From the NCBI GenBank assembly GCA_030265395.1, contig JARFYF010000036.1, positions 41,784,099 through 41,848,098 on the forward strand: a stretch of 64,000 bases of DNA. Reading direction: 5' to 3'. The stretch comes from Rhina ancylostomus. Taxonomy: Eukaryota. The notes under the pieces were generated by a model. That model searched no databases and was not told the origin of the DNA. It worked only from the letters and a program-made list of their open reading frames with translations. How positions within the stretch are numbered: position 1 is the first letter of the stretch; every line of letters starts with the position of its first letter. The position numbers and the translations under genes were made by a program. Below are positions 35,701 through 49,674 of this stretch, in pieces.

Positions 35701-38700
35701 TTAACTTAGGAAATATCTACAAAGGGTGGAGGTAGTTTGGCATTCTTTTGTCTATCAACTGACATTTACAATCATTAATTTAAGTTGAAGACTAATACAT
35801 TTGTTTATAAAAACATTAAAATGCATGGGACTAAAAGGCAGATATAGTGAGCAAGGTTAGAGATCACACATGATCTTGAGAGGAAGGGTTCAAAATATCC
35901 CATAATCAAAACCAAGAAAATTCCTATTTAATTATCAGATTATGTTGCAAACTTCATGTCATTGATGGAATACCTAGTAAAGGGGTTAGCATATCAAGAG
36001 ACATCCTACGCAGAAGTTAAAAAATAAAATGCATCTCCAAATAGAAGGCTGGTACCTAAACACAACATGCTAACAGATGGAGTAATGTCTATTTCCATAT
36101 GTTCTAATAGCAACTGTGATTTGGTAGTGGCCATGCATCTTAATTTGATTTGTGATGGAAGCATAGCTTAATGAATTGTCACTACAGTCATGGTGAATTA
36201 TCTTTTACTGGACCAGTAGATAACGTTTGGAGCTAGGCAAAATAGCCTGGATCTGCGTTGGTCCTTCACATAAAACTAAAAGATGGCATAAGAATTCCAA
36301 AAGGGCCAGACCACAAAACTTGTAACTTTCCACAAGTCCTTAACTAGGTAATTAGAAAGTAAAATGCTTAAAATTTTAATTTAAAATATGATTAAAAACT
36401 TGCTTACAGCTTGTAAGGTTCTGGTTATATATGCAGTACCTTTACCCAGGCCCCAATCAGCTTTCTACTTAATCATATTAAATGGTATGAGACAGTGGGG
36501 GGAGGGGCAAACCCTAGCCACAGCACTAAGCCATGTTCCAAGCAGTCAAAAAGGCTTGAAGATGTTTTTTTTGGGTCAAGGATGTGACAACAGATCTCTG
36601 CATCTCATTTTCCTCTCAAAAATACTGTATGCTATCAGGTGGATTATTGGAGGGTGAGCTGGCTTGTACATGCATTTACTATGCGAGTATTATAAGACTT
36701 CACTTGCACTAAATGTATATTCAGAAGCCATTTTCCAGGAAGAGACCACAGTACTTTCATTTTCTGCCAATTCACTGTACCCATGTAATTTAAAGAAACA
36801 GTGGGCATTAGATCATCCAACCAGTTATGAGCTTCACTTGGCAGGTCAGATCAAGACCTTGTTTGCAGATCTTTGATGCAGCTTCAGCACAATGAAAATA
36901 AGCATGCAAAAATGCAACTGGATATTACATTTGAAATGGTGTTTCTTAGAACAGGTAGCATCTCCCACTTTAGTGTCCAGTCATCCATGGGTCCACAAAA
37001 TTTCAGTTACTGTTGAATTCCTCCTGATAATGAACTAATGTCTTCCTCAAGAAGAGCCTTACTCAACTTTTGGATAAGCACTTAATGAAATGGTGCATCT
37101 TTCTACCATAAATAGTCATTGTTTCTGGGGCTTTTCTAAGATGCATTGCTCAAGGTCTAAAAATGTTGCCATATTAGTGTTAAAACTTTATTTCAAATAT
37201 AAGCATTACCTCTCATTTTGAACTGCTGCAGGAGCAGAAAGGAATTACCTGAAGTGGAATATAAAATCTGAGAGTACTATATTTTGGCTCTCAGTTATAG
37301 TTTTCTGTGTATCATGCACAGTTCAGAAAGAATAACACTGTTCTAGCCTTTTGGTTACCACAGATGAAACTCATCAGGAGAGACGAAGGATACTGCAATA
37401 ATTCCACTATTATTAAAAATATAATTCCCCAACAAGATAACTAATGCTTTTCCACGATCACCCTTTAATTCAGATGCATTATTTGTTGGTGGGGGGGGGG
37501 GGTTAGCATTGGGTTTGATTATTTTTAAGACTGAAATTCTGTTAAAACTTTGGACATAGCACTTCTTGCATCTATTGATTGATCAGGATTGATTTTGCGT
37601 GAGGGTCTGTCCTGATTGGAGGTTAAACTGGTTAGAAAGTAATCTCTAATTAATGGTGGTTCCATTTTTTTCTCTTCCTGAAACCTTGATGCCTGTCCAC
37701 TGATTTAGTGTCAAATTAGCAGAGATAGGAGATTTTCACTTGCAGGTTTGTAGGCAAAAATATCTATGCTGACCCTCCAGCACTTTATCTTAACAAATTT
37801 GAATTGATGTTAACTGCTTTCTGACAGTGAGTATCGGTGCACCAGATGACTGTGACCACAGAGCGGACCAACTACAGGAACCCACCAAGGTTTCTGCAGT
37901 AGCATCTCCCAAAACCTTGACCTTCAGCCATGAGCAGCAGTAACATGGGAATATAATCACTTCCAAGCTCCCCACCAAAGATAATTTGGTCAAATATTGT
38001 GCTGTTCTGACAACAGATGAAAATTCTGGAACATCCTATTATTGTGTGAATACCTTTTATCACATGGATTTCAGTTAACTGGGTCACTAGAACTAAACTA
38101 TACAGGTGTTTAATTTAAAAATGTGCATTGTTGTCTGGAGTAAGATGGCGGCTCCAAAATGTATGGATAACCTCAGTGTCAATTATAACTATATTACCAG
38201 TTTACTTGACTCTCCGACGTGTACATTTTCCCATCTGAAGTGGCACAGCTGTTAGGCTCAAACTTGCATCCTTCCAGGTAAGTCATGAAGATCACAAAAT
38301 TAGGACCCATGGGTGTAAGGTTTATTCTGGTATCATCAGCCCATTCAGATCAGCTGTATTCCAAGTCAATGCAGCAGGCAGGTCTCCACAGCCACCAGAG
38401 AGAATCACAGGGTATCCAAGGCAGCCACAGCACTTTGTAACCACTTGTAAACATACTCCCTTTATGTTTTGTGAATGAACAATGCATACCTCAGTACAAT
38501 TATCAGGCAGTGAAGTGTGATGTTGTCCTACCTGTCAGAGAAATAGAGCATACTTGTTTCTTCTTGGCAGTTCCCTTTTCAGGTGAAATAACCGTATGCA
38601 GGGAGAGGGCCATGAAACGTGGAAAATGTACACTGTTCTTGGGAGTAGGGTTAGATGTGGGAAAGGAAATGTGCTGCATAACTTTAAAAGGTCAAATTGC

Positions 38701-39479
38701 CAATTTTCCTTACCAGATGATTATCGATTTGTGGAAGTCAAAAAAATGGGTAGAAAATGAAATTTTGCACATTTATAGACACCCAAGAATGGGACTGTGC
38801 CACAATTAATTAATGAGGGCAATGTTCATAGAATATGCTTGTATTCCCTCAGATATAGGTAAAGTGATAGTTTAATTGTGGTGTTTATGACTGAAGGACT
38901 TGATAGGTATAACAAAAGATGCCATTTCCTCAGATGGAAAAACCAGTCAAGGGAGCATAACCTTAAAATTAGAACCCTCAGGGTTGATGTCAGGAAGTGG
39001 CTCATTACTAAAAGAATAACAGAAGGTTGTAGCATTCCCCCTAAAATTTCCTAGATTGATAGATTTTTTTTGGGCAAGGATTTAGGATTACACAGTCAAG
39101 CTAGGCCAATGAAGGCAAGATTTGGTTCAGCCAGGATGTAATTGATTCATGGAGATTGAGCTTCCTCCAGATCCCATGTTCCTTCACCTCCAAAAGAAGA
39201 ATGATTTTTTATTTTAAAATAGCTTTATTAGAGCAGTTAATGTCTTCATGTTGTTAGTAAAATGAGAGCTCTATTCCAGCTGAAATTATCTCACCAAAGA
39301 TGCTGCTGCTGAAACCAATGCACAACTTGGTGCTTTGTCACATTAATCTCATCCTTTTAATGAAATATTTCCTTGTTCATCCCACCCTCACCCCGTACTT
39401 ACTCTCTTTCATCCTGGAGACGGTAATCACTGTTTTCACTTGGGCACGAGTCACTTTTCCATTTGTAAGCAAACAAAAC

Positions 39480-40740
39480 TGAATCCATTCTGTCCTCATC
39501 TATGCTATGAGGACAATACCTATTCCACCACCTGCCCATCCTTAAATTATTTACAGAAATAGTCTTTCAACAGAAACTCTTACAAAAGCCTCACTAAAAT
39601 TCAAGAGTACTACGCTAACTGCCATACTAATCAAGCTGTGGTGCCACACCACAGAAAGTTGGATTTTCAGGAACTTGAAATGGCTAAGTTTCATTTTTAT
39701 CCTAATGCTGAACAGTCTTATCTAAGAATTTCATAGCTTAACCCACAATAGACATCAAAGCTACTGGTCTGTAGTTTCCTGTCTCATTTTCTCATTTTTT
39801 AAAAAGAAACGGTAGGAGCATCATCTTCCTCCCTCTGGATGATGTGGGTTAGAACTTCTGCAAGTTGCAAGGTTCCTTGAAGATATCCGTTTTCAAGTCT
39901 GGAGACAGTTCATTCAAAATTTCCAAAGCTGGTTGACAACCATACTGGCATGAATAGTGTCACAAATCTCTGGGACAGCCTCTGGATTTCTTCTCCCCTA
40001 AATTACCCTAACTTGCTTTGTAAAATCAAGGCAAAAAAAATCATTAAATGTCTTTGCAGCATCAATTGTCATGCCTGATCTGAAATTTAGTGATTATACT
40101 CCATACCTCACTTTTCTTCTTCTCTAGTAAATCTGGAAATAAAAACCCGTCACATTAAATTTAAATTTTGATTATGCCACTCCGAAGCCAGTACGTACTG
40201 AAGTGCTGGCCATTTTCCTTTATGACCTTAAATCTCATCTACATGAATTTCTTAGTGGTCTTGTTCCATTATGGAGAGTGCTTTTTATCTTGACACCTTT
40301 GCTTTGCAAGGAATGCACTGATCCTCCTCGAAGTAACTCTATTTCCTCAAGACTTAGCACATTGGTTTTAAAATCTGGTAATTCCACTTCTGGCTTTGAA
40401 TCTATGTCAAAGTCATAGAACAGTCAGCTTAACTCTAGAAATGCCTGGTGGAGACATTAATGCTCAAATCAATTCCTGATAAGCTGTTAACCCCAACTAT
40501 TTTGGTCAGTCCCCTGTTAGACACTTTCCTCATCTCACTCATAGTTTTGGGGCTTTTACCAGTGCTTGGGCTGGGATGCGAGTTAGAAGGGTAGGTGAAG
40601 AGCTCTTTGGAATATCCTGAAAATTATTTAATTCTGTACAAACTATTAACTCTACCCAAAGCAACTGTGTCAGGCCTTCCCTTTTCATGCCCTCTTTCTT
40701 TCGAGGCAATGCTCCAGTATAAAGACAGAATGCTGGCAAT
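39480..40740 (-). mobile_element. Highly decayed CR1 ORF2 fragment
   Basis: Reverse strand around 39740-39810 gives F.K....GNYRPVAL.S; endonuclease-like remnants further up. Confidence 0.5.
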
Positions 40741-43075
40741 CACAGCACATCAGTGGAGAACTTGAAATAAGCGCTCTAACTTCTCACAAAGACATCAATT
40801 GATATTTGATTCAGAAGCCTAAGTGAGTGAATCAGAGAGACGGGCAGATATTCTTTTTTTAAAATACTTCAGTTTGAATGCAGGTCTAAAGATTACTTCT
40901 ACCATGAATCCCACTATAGAATATGCAGGACATTACTTCGAACTTTTAATGAAATATTTTAATTTTTTTTATTGATAACTCTGCATGTAGAATCAAGCAA
41001 ATTATATATTTTGTGTAAAAAGATTAGTTTATCATTTCCAAATTGTAACCATTCCTATGTGTAAAATACATAAAACTCACTGCAAGTCATCACAGCAAAT
41101 GACAGGAAAGGGGAGTGAGGTGGGTGGAGGAGGGAGGCAGGCNNNNNNNNNNNNNNNNNNNNNNNNNNNNNNNNNNNNNNNNNNNNNNNNNNNNNNNNNN
41201 NNNNNNNNNNNNNNNNNNNNNNNNNNNNNNNNNNNNNNNNNNGGAAGGGGGGGGGGGGTGGGTGGTGGTGGTCGGCTGGGGGTAAAGGAGGGGGAGGGAG
41301 GCAAGCAGGAAGGGGGGAGGAAGGAGGCGGGAGAGAGCGCAGAACACAAAAGCTGATAAATAACAAGTTACAGGACACATTAAGCTTCCTGCCAAGGGCT
41401 GGGTGCACATGAATGGAATACCAACAAATCAGAGCAGTCTCAAAATTGCCATTTGCTCTCAGGATCTCTGCTCCTCATCCTCTTTATAGATGCTGCTTAA
41501 AACCATTCCTCTGACCAACTGATCACCTGTCTCAATCTTTTCATCATTGTTCTGGATCAGTATCTGTCTCATTACCCTCCTGTAGGCATTTTACTATCCG
41601 TCATATTAAAGGTACGGTATGAATGCAAGTTGTTGTAGAACAAGCCTCAAATGGCAAATATGAGCCTATGATGAGAAAAATTCTATCCCGTTAAATGAGT
41701 GGTAATGACAGTACTTACCCAGAAACCATTTGGAACTTCATCAATTTACTTACAAATCTGCAGACAAACAAGATTGCGTAGAGTTCCACTACCTCACTCA
41801 TACATCCTAGTTGTTAGCTGACTTGATGTTCCACAATCATATATCAAGGGCTTACCTTTATGTACGAGAAAGACCATTGCTGCCTGCCAACTTATTACTA
41901 TCAATGTGGTTGGTCCACGTAGTGGCTAGCAGAGGTATTAGTGATGTTTCATCCAGATCTTGGTGCTGTGCCAGCCTGTAATCTTAACTCAGCACCTTAA
42001 ACAAGAAGGTGACAGGCCCAAATCCCTGATGTGTTGTTACTGAGGCCCAGTCACTCTTTTTGTTGTGANNNNNNNNNNNNNNNNNNNNNNNNNNNNNNNN
42101 NNNNNNNNNNNNNNNNNNNNNNNNNNNNNNNNNNNNNNNNNNNNNNNNNNNNNNNNNNNNNNNNNNNNNNNNNNNNNNNNNNNNNNNNNNNNNNNNNNNN
42201 NNNNNNNNNNNNNNNNNNNNNNNNNNNNNNNNNNNNNNNNNNNNNNNNNNNNNNNNNNNNNNNNNNNNNNNNNNNNNNNNNNNNNNNNNNNNNNNNNNNN
42301 NNNNNNNNNNNNNNNNNNNNNNNNNNNNNNNNNNNNNNNNNNNNNNNNNNNNNNNNNNNNNNNNNNNNNNNGGTAGGTTAATATGGGTTTAAATTGGGCG
42401 GCGTGGACTCATTGGGCCGAAAGGGCCTGTTACCACGCTGTAAATAAAATTTTTTTTTTAAAGTTTTTCTCCCCTCAGCATTGCTACATCTGAATCAGGT
42501 GAATAGAGCAACAGCATTTGAGAAAGCACTGGATCAGGATTTGAGACCATGCCAAATGTAAATGATACTGGTTTGGGCGTAGTTAATTTTGAAGTGAGAC
42601 ATACTTGGGCACAAGAACATTGCCCCATTACACTAGAGGTTCAAAGATCACAGACTAGGCGATGATACATTCAAAAAAGCACTTTACTGCTGCCTAGAAC
42701 CAAGGATAAGATTTTGAAGGTTTTTCTTTAAAGGCAGAACATTTCTTACGTTCTTAATGCTGGAAAATAGTGAACTAATGATTGAATCACTGACAAATAG
42801 AGCACATTGACACTTGCAAACATGGAAATAAAAACTCAAGGACTTACTGAGATTGTGTAATTGGTTGAAAGTGAGTGACAGTTGCAGCAACATATTACTT
42901 TGCAAGGAAGGTTCAAAGGGAACACCAAATATGCAAATACAAGAGCTGCTTCACCTTCTGCACCTGCCACTGATTAGAGATAATGAAATAGGGAAAGTGT
43001 ACTACAAAGGAAAGCTGTGTGCTTCAGTGTATGCAGTGACAACTTTGTAGTGCTCATTTCAAACTTTATACGTAC

Positions 43076-43186
43076 ATCAGCATCAGACATGGGTGGTGCC
43101 TCCTCCATATCTACTTCATGTGTGTTCGCTGTCCGGGAGGCTGTTCCTTTGGTATCACGTTGCAATCTCTCACTTTGTTCCTGTGC
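43076..43186 (-). CDS. DIDO1: DIDO1 exon (AQEQSERLQRDTKGTASRTANTHEVDMEEAPPMSDAD)
   Basis: Acceptor TGTTTCACAG|GCA, donor GAT|GTACGT; 111 nt, phase 0 to 0; DMEEAPPMSDAD resembles DIDO1 D(L/M)E..PP.SD. Confidence 0.88.
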
Positions 43187-44429
43187 CTGTGAAACAATAT
43201 CAAAATACATCAAGGTTCTCATAACTATGAATGCACTATTGGTTCAACGCCAGGATTAACACTATTTGGAATATTTCTCAAGCCTAGTATGTTCAATTTT
43301 TTTTAAAAAAACACCAACATGGATGCTGGAAATCTGAAAACAAAAAAGTGAAAATACTCAGCCAGTTGGATAGCATTTGTGGTGAGACAAGTTGTTCATC
43401 AGATTACTGATCTGAACTTCAGTTCTGCTTTCCTCCACAACTGCTAATTGAGTTGCTTAGTACTGAACATTGTTTTCATTTCCAGTGAATTTTGTTACTT
43501 GAGACTATATTAGATTTACTGCATATCATAACTTTAGTAAAAAAAATTCTAATTCCAAGGTTGCCATTCCATTGCAGTCCATATCAACTTGTTCAGCAAC
43601 TGGACAAGTACGTTAAAGTGATTAGGCATTTGCTTTCATCCACATTGCACGTACATCATGCAGGAGTACACTTAACATCATGGAGTCCTTCCAGCCTACC
43701 TACTTCCCACTTTACCCCTATTAATCTATTTTGTGGTGTACCACAATGCATAATTTGAAAATAAAGAATGAAATACACTTATGGTCAAATTATCCCATCC
43801 TTTAAACCAGATGTATTTGAAGAATATAGTCATGACTTCAAAAACATACAGAATCATTTACTATAAAATCCGACAACCTGAAGCAGCAGAATTCAGCACC
43901 CTTCCACTTTTGGTGTGACAAACGCGATCAGTTGCGCTTCAGAATATCACTGCCTTGCTTTTCCACGTCATCATTTCAATGGTCTTTATACTAGCTTTTC
44001 AACTGTTAAAAATCATTTTCATTACCCCACGTTAAGAAAAACAGGTCTTCGTTATCTTTGTCTTCTTTGCATTAATGTTTTTTCCAAAAAAATCCCAGGT
44101 TTACTTTTAAACTACTTTAATTTTTTTTTGCAAATTCACACTCTTTACTTAGAATAGCAATCAAGGAAGTGTATTTTCCCACCAAGATCTAGATTTAATA
44201 TGGTATGTAGAACTATAGAGATGGTAATTGAGGAATTTCCTCAATTCATCTAATATCCAGACATGAATCCCAATTCTGAACGCAATCAACTACTGAAACT
44301 CCAGTCTTCTGGGTAGAGAATGCCATGGGCTCACTCACTACTGAGTGAGGAAGTTTCTCATTTCAGTCCCAACTGGCCCACCTCTTATTTAGAGCTGAGC
44401 ATAGATTCAGAAGGGAGAATATCATAACT

Positions 44430-45760
44430 GGAAATGGAGGGCACTAAATTTAGAGGCAGAGAAAATAAAAATAGGAAAATAGATGTAGGAGTCTGACTAT
44501 ACTTAAAAGTATATTCCTAATTGCAAGCAGGATAATGACTAAGGCAGATGAGTTCACACATAGCAGTATGAAATTATGGTCATTATGGAAACATGGCTTA
44601 ACATTCCCTATTACAGTTTTCAGACAAGATAGTGAATTGCACTAAGAGGGGGTGGCTAAACTGATCAAAAGAAACAATAGCAGCTAAGAAGTGTTGATAT
44701 ATTAGGAACATCAGATGATGCTAGGTGGGTTGGACTAAAGGACAAAAAAGGCAAATCACACTGTAAAGATTCTACTATAGACCTCCAAAGAGTCTGAAGG
44801 ATATAGAAGAGCAAATTTCCAATCAGATTTCTGATAAAATTCCTGACAAATGTAAAATCACCAGGGCAGTAATGCTGGGAGATTTCAAATATTCTATTAA
44901 ATGTGATACAGTCAGTGTAAAAGACAGCACACAGAATTCCTAAACTGCATTCAGAACATTTTCAGCCACTGTAAAGCATGCCCAGCGAGAGGGAGAAGGA
45001 GTACTAATTGAAGGGCAGTTTGTGGTAGTGATAATTTAATTAGATTTGGCATAATTAAGGAAAACGATAAAAACAAAAGAGCAAAAGGTTTGAAATTGGG
45101 ATAAGGCCAATTTTACTAGCCTAGAAGTGATTTAACAGAAGTGAACTAGAAACAACTGCTCTAAGCTAAATGCATCAGCGTGACGATTGGAGACATTTAA
45201 GAAACACATTCAATGTGTTTACAGAAAAACATGGATAAAAAGGACTGCCAAGTGTAGAGCCTTCTAAATGACAAGCAGCAGAGGACAGGAAAGAGAGAAC
45301 CAAATGTCAGATACAGAGCTTAAGACACCAGACACCCTGTGACTATAGAAAGCATAGGAGTGAGATTAAAAGGGAAATTAGGACAGCAAAAAGAGGGTTA
45401 TGAAAAAATGTTGGCAAGTAAAATATAAAAAAAATCAAACGTTTAACAATTAAAGGAGCAAGAAAATAACTAGGAAAAGAGGGTGGCTTACTAGTGACCG
45501 AAAATGCTGAGGCTTAGGATGTGTACAAGGCTCTTAATGTATATTTTGCAACTGTCTTCACAAAAGGGAATGGTACTAATGAAATTAAGGCAAATGAGAT
45601 GTTAAATTGAATGGGCTAAACATAGTTAAAAAAGGAATAATGGAATTTATCATTTTTGAAAATGGATATATTGCCAGATCCGGATGAATTATCTTAGGCT
45701 GTTAGAAGATGCAGGATATTGCCTGAGGGTTAACGGACTGCAAACATTGCTCCGTTTTTA
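44430..45760 (+). mobile_element. Decayed CR1 ORF2 (APE endonuclease to RT start)
   Basis: Remnants of ETWL, YYRPP, VMLGDF and dW..ANIAP.FK motifs. Confidence 0.65.
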
Positions 45761-47532
45761 AAATAAGTATTGATTATTCAGAACAAAACTTAACGAAATC
45801 CAAAAACTTGTGATTTCATGAGTTACAGATACTTTTGTTCACCCGTTAAATAAGACAAGTTTTAAATTCTTGTAAACTTAAGTTCAGAAAATTTGCATGA
45901 AGTGGTTAACTATGGTTATAGTACCATAACAATTGATGTGGTAGAGTAACACTACCGATCTGAAGATGCACAATCCGCTCACACCAGCTCCTGTGGACGC
46001 TAAATCAATTAATTAAATAAATCCTGAAATAAAATCAACAGTGGTGACGATGAAGCTGCCAATTGTTGCAGGACTCCACTTCACTCACTAATCTCCTTAC
46101 CCAGTCCAGTCTTTGCAAGACTCTAGACCCACATGGCCCTCAAGTAAGGCAATACTAGAATATAGAACATAATGCTGTACTGAAAACCCTAGAAAATTAC
46201 TCAGTTCAGAGCCAATTAGGGATAGGCAATAAATGTTGGCCTGTCCAGAGATAATTAATTGTATGACTAAATTAAATTTAAATAAAATTGCAATCCAGAT
46301 TTCAAGAATACTTGATATTCAATTTNNNNNNNNNNNNNNNNNNNNNNNNNNNNNNNNNNNNNNNNNNNNNNNNNNNNNNNNNNNNNNNNNNNNNNNNNNN
46401 NNNNNNNNNNNNNNNNNNNNNNNNNTTCCTCAATGTAATTTTTTTTAAAATATTTGCTTCACTTTTTTTTCCATTTTCCTATCATAAAATTCCAATGATT
46501 TCTCATTTGATATTCAAGTTTGAAAACAGTACAATGGATCTCTAAATCAGCTTTTTATTTTTCTGTTTTGTCCCAAACAGAAAGAAAATAATTTCTTTAT
46601 CGGAGATATTCACTCCATCCTATCCACCTAGAGCACCCCTCCTTCCCCCCACCCAACAGGCTTGATACAAACTGGTTTTCTCTCCTTTCCAGTTTGGACA
46701 AAAGATCTTCAAACTTAAGTTATATTTCTCTTTCCACTGATGCTGCCTGACTGGCTGGGTGCTTCCAGCATTTTCTGTTTTTATTTCTGAAAATTGAGAA
46801 AACCGGGCTTCCACACCACACTCTTCAGTTACCAAATCATCAATCAAGAATGCATGATACTGCAGCCACAATAAATTAACACTACTACAGTCTGCCACCT
46901 AGGAAAGTCTAACTAAAACTAATTTATAGAAACTAGATAAATTTATCTTTCCATGTAGCTTAAACTAGTTAACACAACTTTTCTTAACCCAACATCTTTA
47001 AAAGACAGATGCAATCATTAGATAATCACTTCCTTATCCAGAAGTTGATTATGAAGCATGTTCCCAGAATATACTGAGCGACTGCCCTATATATGTGCAG
47101 GCGTAGCCAGAGACAGCTTGAGTACTGACACCTATGAATTTGAATGAAATCTTTGCATTTTCATCCAGAAAGCCTTTCCAGATGAGGCTTATAATGCAGA
47201 GTGCAGTCTCCTCATTAGAGGATATTGAAGCAGAGGAGGCAAAGATTATATGAACTAATTATCATTATTGAAGAGGAGATTTAAGGATGACCAAATAGAA
47301 GTCTTCAAAGCTATCCCAAGGTTTGACAAGGTAGATGCAGAATTGTTTCCACTTTGCAAGAATGTACACAAGTAGAAACTGAAATGAAAGGACTGGCAGG
47401 TCAGTGTTCTTGGGGTGGAGGGGAGGGGTGAGCTTGGATGGATTGGACAGAGGGAATATCTTGAATAGATACATGATTTTCTTTCTGTTTGGAACAAAGC
47501 AGAAACAGAAAATTAGATAAAAAGCTGATTTC

Positions 47533-47955
47533 TTCCTGACCCTCATGCAACCAGGTCTCTGTAATGGCAACAACATCGCAATTCCATGCACTGACCCACG
47601 CTCCAAGTTCATCCTCCTTGCCCATAATACACCTAGCATTGAAATAAACACATTTCAGCCCATCAGTCCCGCCATGTTTACTAGACTGTCCCTTGCTGTC
47701 CTTCCTTTCAGTCTTACTTGTCATATCATCTTTCTTTCTCTCAGCCTTACCACCTGTTGCCCTGCTGCTGTGGTTAAACCCTCCCAAGTAGCACCAGCAA
47801 AGCTCCCGGCAAGGATATTGGTTCCCCTCCAGTTCATATGCAAACTATCTTGTTTGTACAGGTCCCAACTGCCCTGGAAGAGAGGCCAATGACTCATAAA
47901 TCTGAAGCCCTCCTTCCTTCTCCAGCTCCTTACCCATGTGTTGAACAGCACTAAT
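47533..47955 (-). mobile_element. CR1 ORF1 (SGNH esterase-like) end and ORF2 endonuclease start
   Basis: FNTWVRSWRRKEGFRFMSHW...YKQDSLHMNWRGT, then LKCVYFNARCIMGKEDEL...DVVAITETWL. Confidence 0.85.
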
Positions 47956-48129
47956 ATCAAAAGATAACCAGAATCTGCAATGCATTGTTACTTCTATGGT
48001 TTATACCTTTATAGGCTGCTTTATAATTTAGTCAATAACCTTTTAGTTACATATGCACTTTAGCACCAATGTGGGAACACTACAGGCATAATTAGCCACA
48101 TAGGATTATGATGCTGTGGCAAGAACAAA

Positions 48130-49110
48130 GAACTGGCTAAAAAAAAGAACAGGATTAAGTGCACAGATCTGCATTCAGGATGGAGTAGCAGATTTAGAGA
48201 GAACCTGGCAGTGTTGGAGAGATGGGATGTCCGAGAGTGATGAAGGTCAAAATCTCTCTAGTCAGAATCAAGAAACAATGGAGCATCATTAGACTAAGGA
48301 GTATTCTACAGATTGCCAATAATTATGAAGAATGTAGAGGAGCAAGTTGCAGTGAGGTAACAGTTGTGCAAAAGGTATTGATACTGGAAGATTTACAATT
48401 CTAATCGTGCCTAGGTCGGTGGTAATAATATGGAGGAATATTTTAAGCATTTACAGGAGAACTATTTTGATCATTATGCTTCCAATTTCATTAGGAAGCA
48501 TTGATGGACTTGGTTCTAAGGAATAAAACAGGCCCAGCCAAGCAAGTATCTGTAGGGGAACATTTTGGGAAGAACAAATGTAGATTGTAAGATTTAGAAC
48601 AGCTAATGGATAGCATATGGATCTTAAGGTAAAAACAGTCAATGGGAGAAGGCCAACTTCATGGGCTAAGAGTTAAAGTGGTCCAGACAAGCAGAGTCAA
48701 AGAACATCAAGCAAAACTGTAACAACTGAGGAGATAGCAGCTCAGGTACAGTCTAGTCTGCTTCCCATGAATATGAAATGCAATGTAAAATTAAGAAAGA
48801 CAGTTGACTGATATCAGATCATTAACACTAGTGAGAACCAGGCTGATTATAGAAACTTTAGAGGGAAGTGAAAAAAGGTACAAAAAGAGAGTGCAAAGGT
48901 TGTTGGAAAACAAAAGAGAATTCAAAGATCTTTCAAAGGCATATAAACAGTAAAAAATGTAGGATGTGACATGGAACCAATCAAGGACTGAAAAGGAGAT
49001 CCATTCAGGGAGCAAAGGAACATGCCCAAATACTTAAATGAATACTTCACAATGATCTTTATCATGGAAGATTTTGCTGGAGTTTCAGCAAAGAGAAGTT
49101 AAAAATTGAT
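48130..49110 (+). mobile_element. Decayed CR1 ORF2 endonuclease/linker fragment
   Basis: Remnants of GVFYR.PN, ILEDL and LDLVL.N motifs. Confidence 0.55.
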
Positions 49111-49114
49111 AGAG

Positions 49115-49560
49115 GATGTTCTGATGAAAGGTCACGGACCAGAAGCATTAACTCTGCTTCTCTCTACTTCTATTGTACCTGCTGAGTATTTCCAGTTTTC
49201 ATACAAGGCTAGCTGTACAAATCCCCTCTCCCACCTACTCCATCTGCCCATCACCCACACCTTTCTCCAATTGGGTCTCTTATCCCTTCCCCCACTGTTC
49301 CCATCTGCTCACCAACCCTCCCTTATTTGGTCCTACTCTTCACGTTCCACGATCTGAATCCTTAATCTGCGCCCTTTTGTTGTTTCCATTAATCACCTTC
49401 CATTCTGTGTGTCTATCTCCACCCTTTCCTCTCCCACCTGCCTCTATCTGCCAGTCAGCCCCTCCTCACTTGCATTCATTTATCACATGCCAGCTCTTGC
49501 CTGCCCATGCCCCCCCGCCCCCCCCCCACACTTTATACAGGCTATCTCCCCTAGCCCAAN
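49115..49560 (+). repeat. Penelope-like terminal-repeat relic (hammerhead-like motif plus pyrimidine-rich segment)
   Basis: ctgatgaaaggtcacggaccagaagcattaactc followed by the family arm and a C/T-rich stretch ending ggctatctcccct. Confidence 0.55.
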
Positions 49561-49674
49561 NNNNNNNNNNNNNNNNNNNNNNNNNNNNNNNNNNNNNNNN
49601 NNNNNNNNNNNNNNNNNNNNNNNNNNNNNNNNNNNNNNNNNNNNNNNNNNNNNNNNNNNCCCCTAGCCCAAGCC

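Noticed and set aside
41055-41410. Pro-rich ORFs and G-quadruplex-like tract
   Set aside because: Simple purine-rich low-complexity sequence spanning an assembly gap
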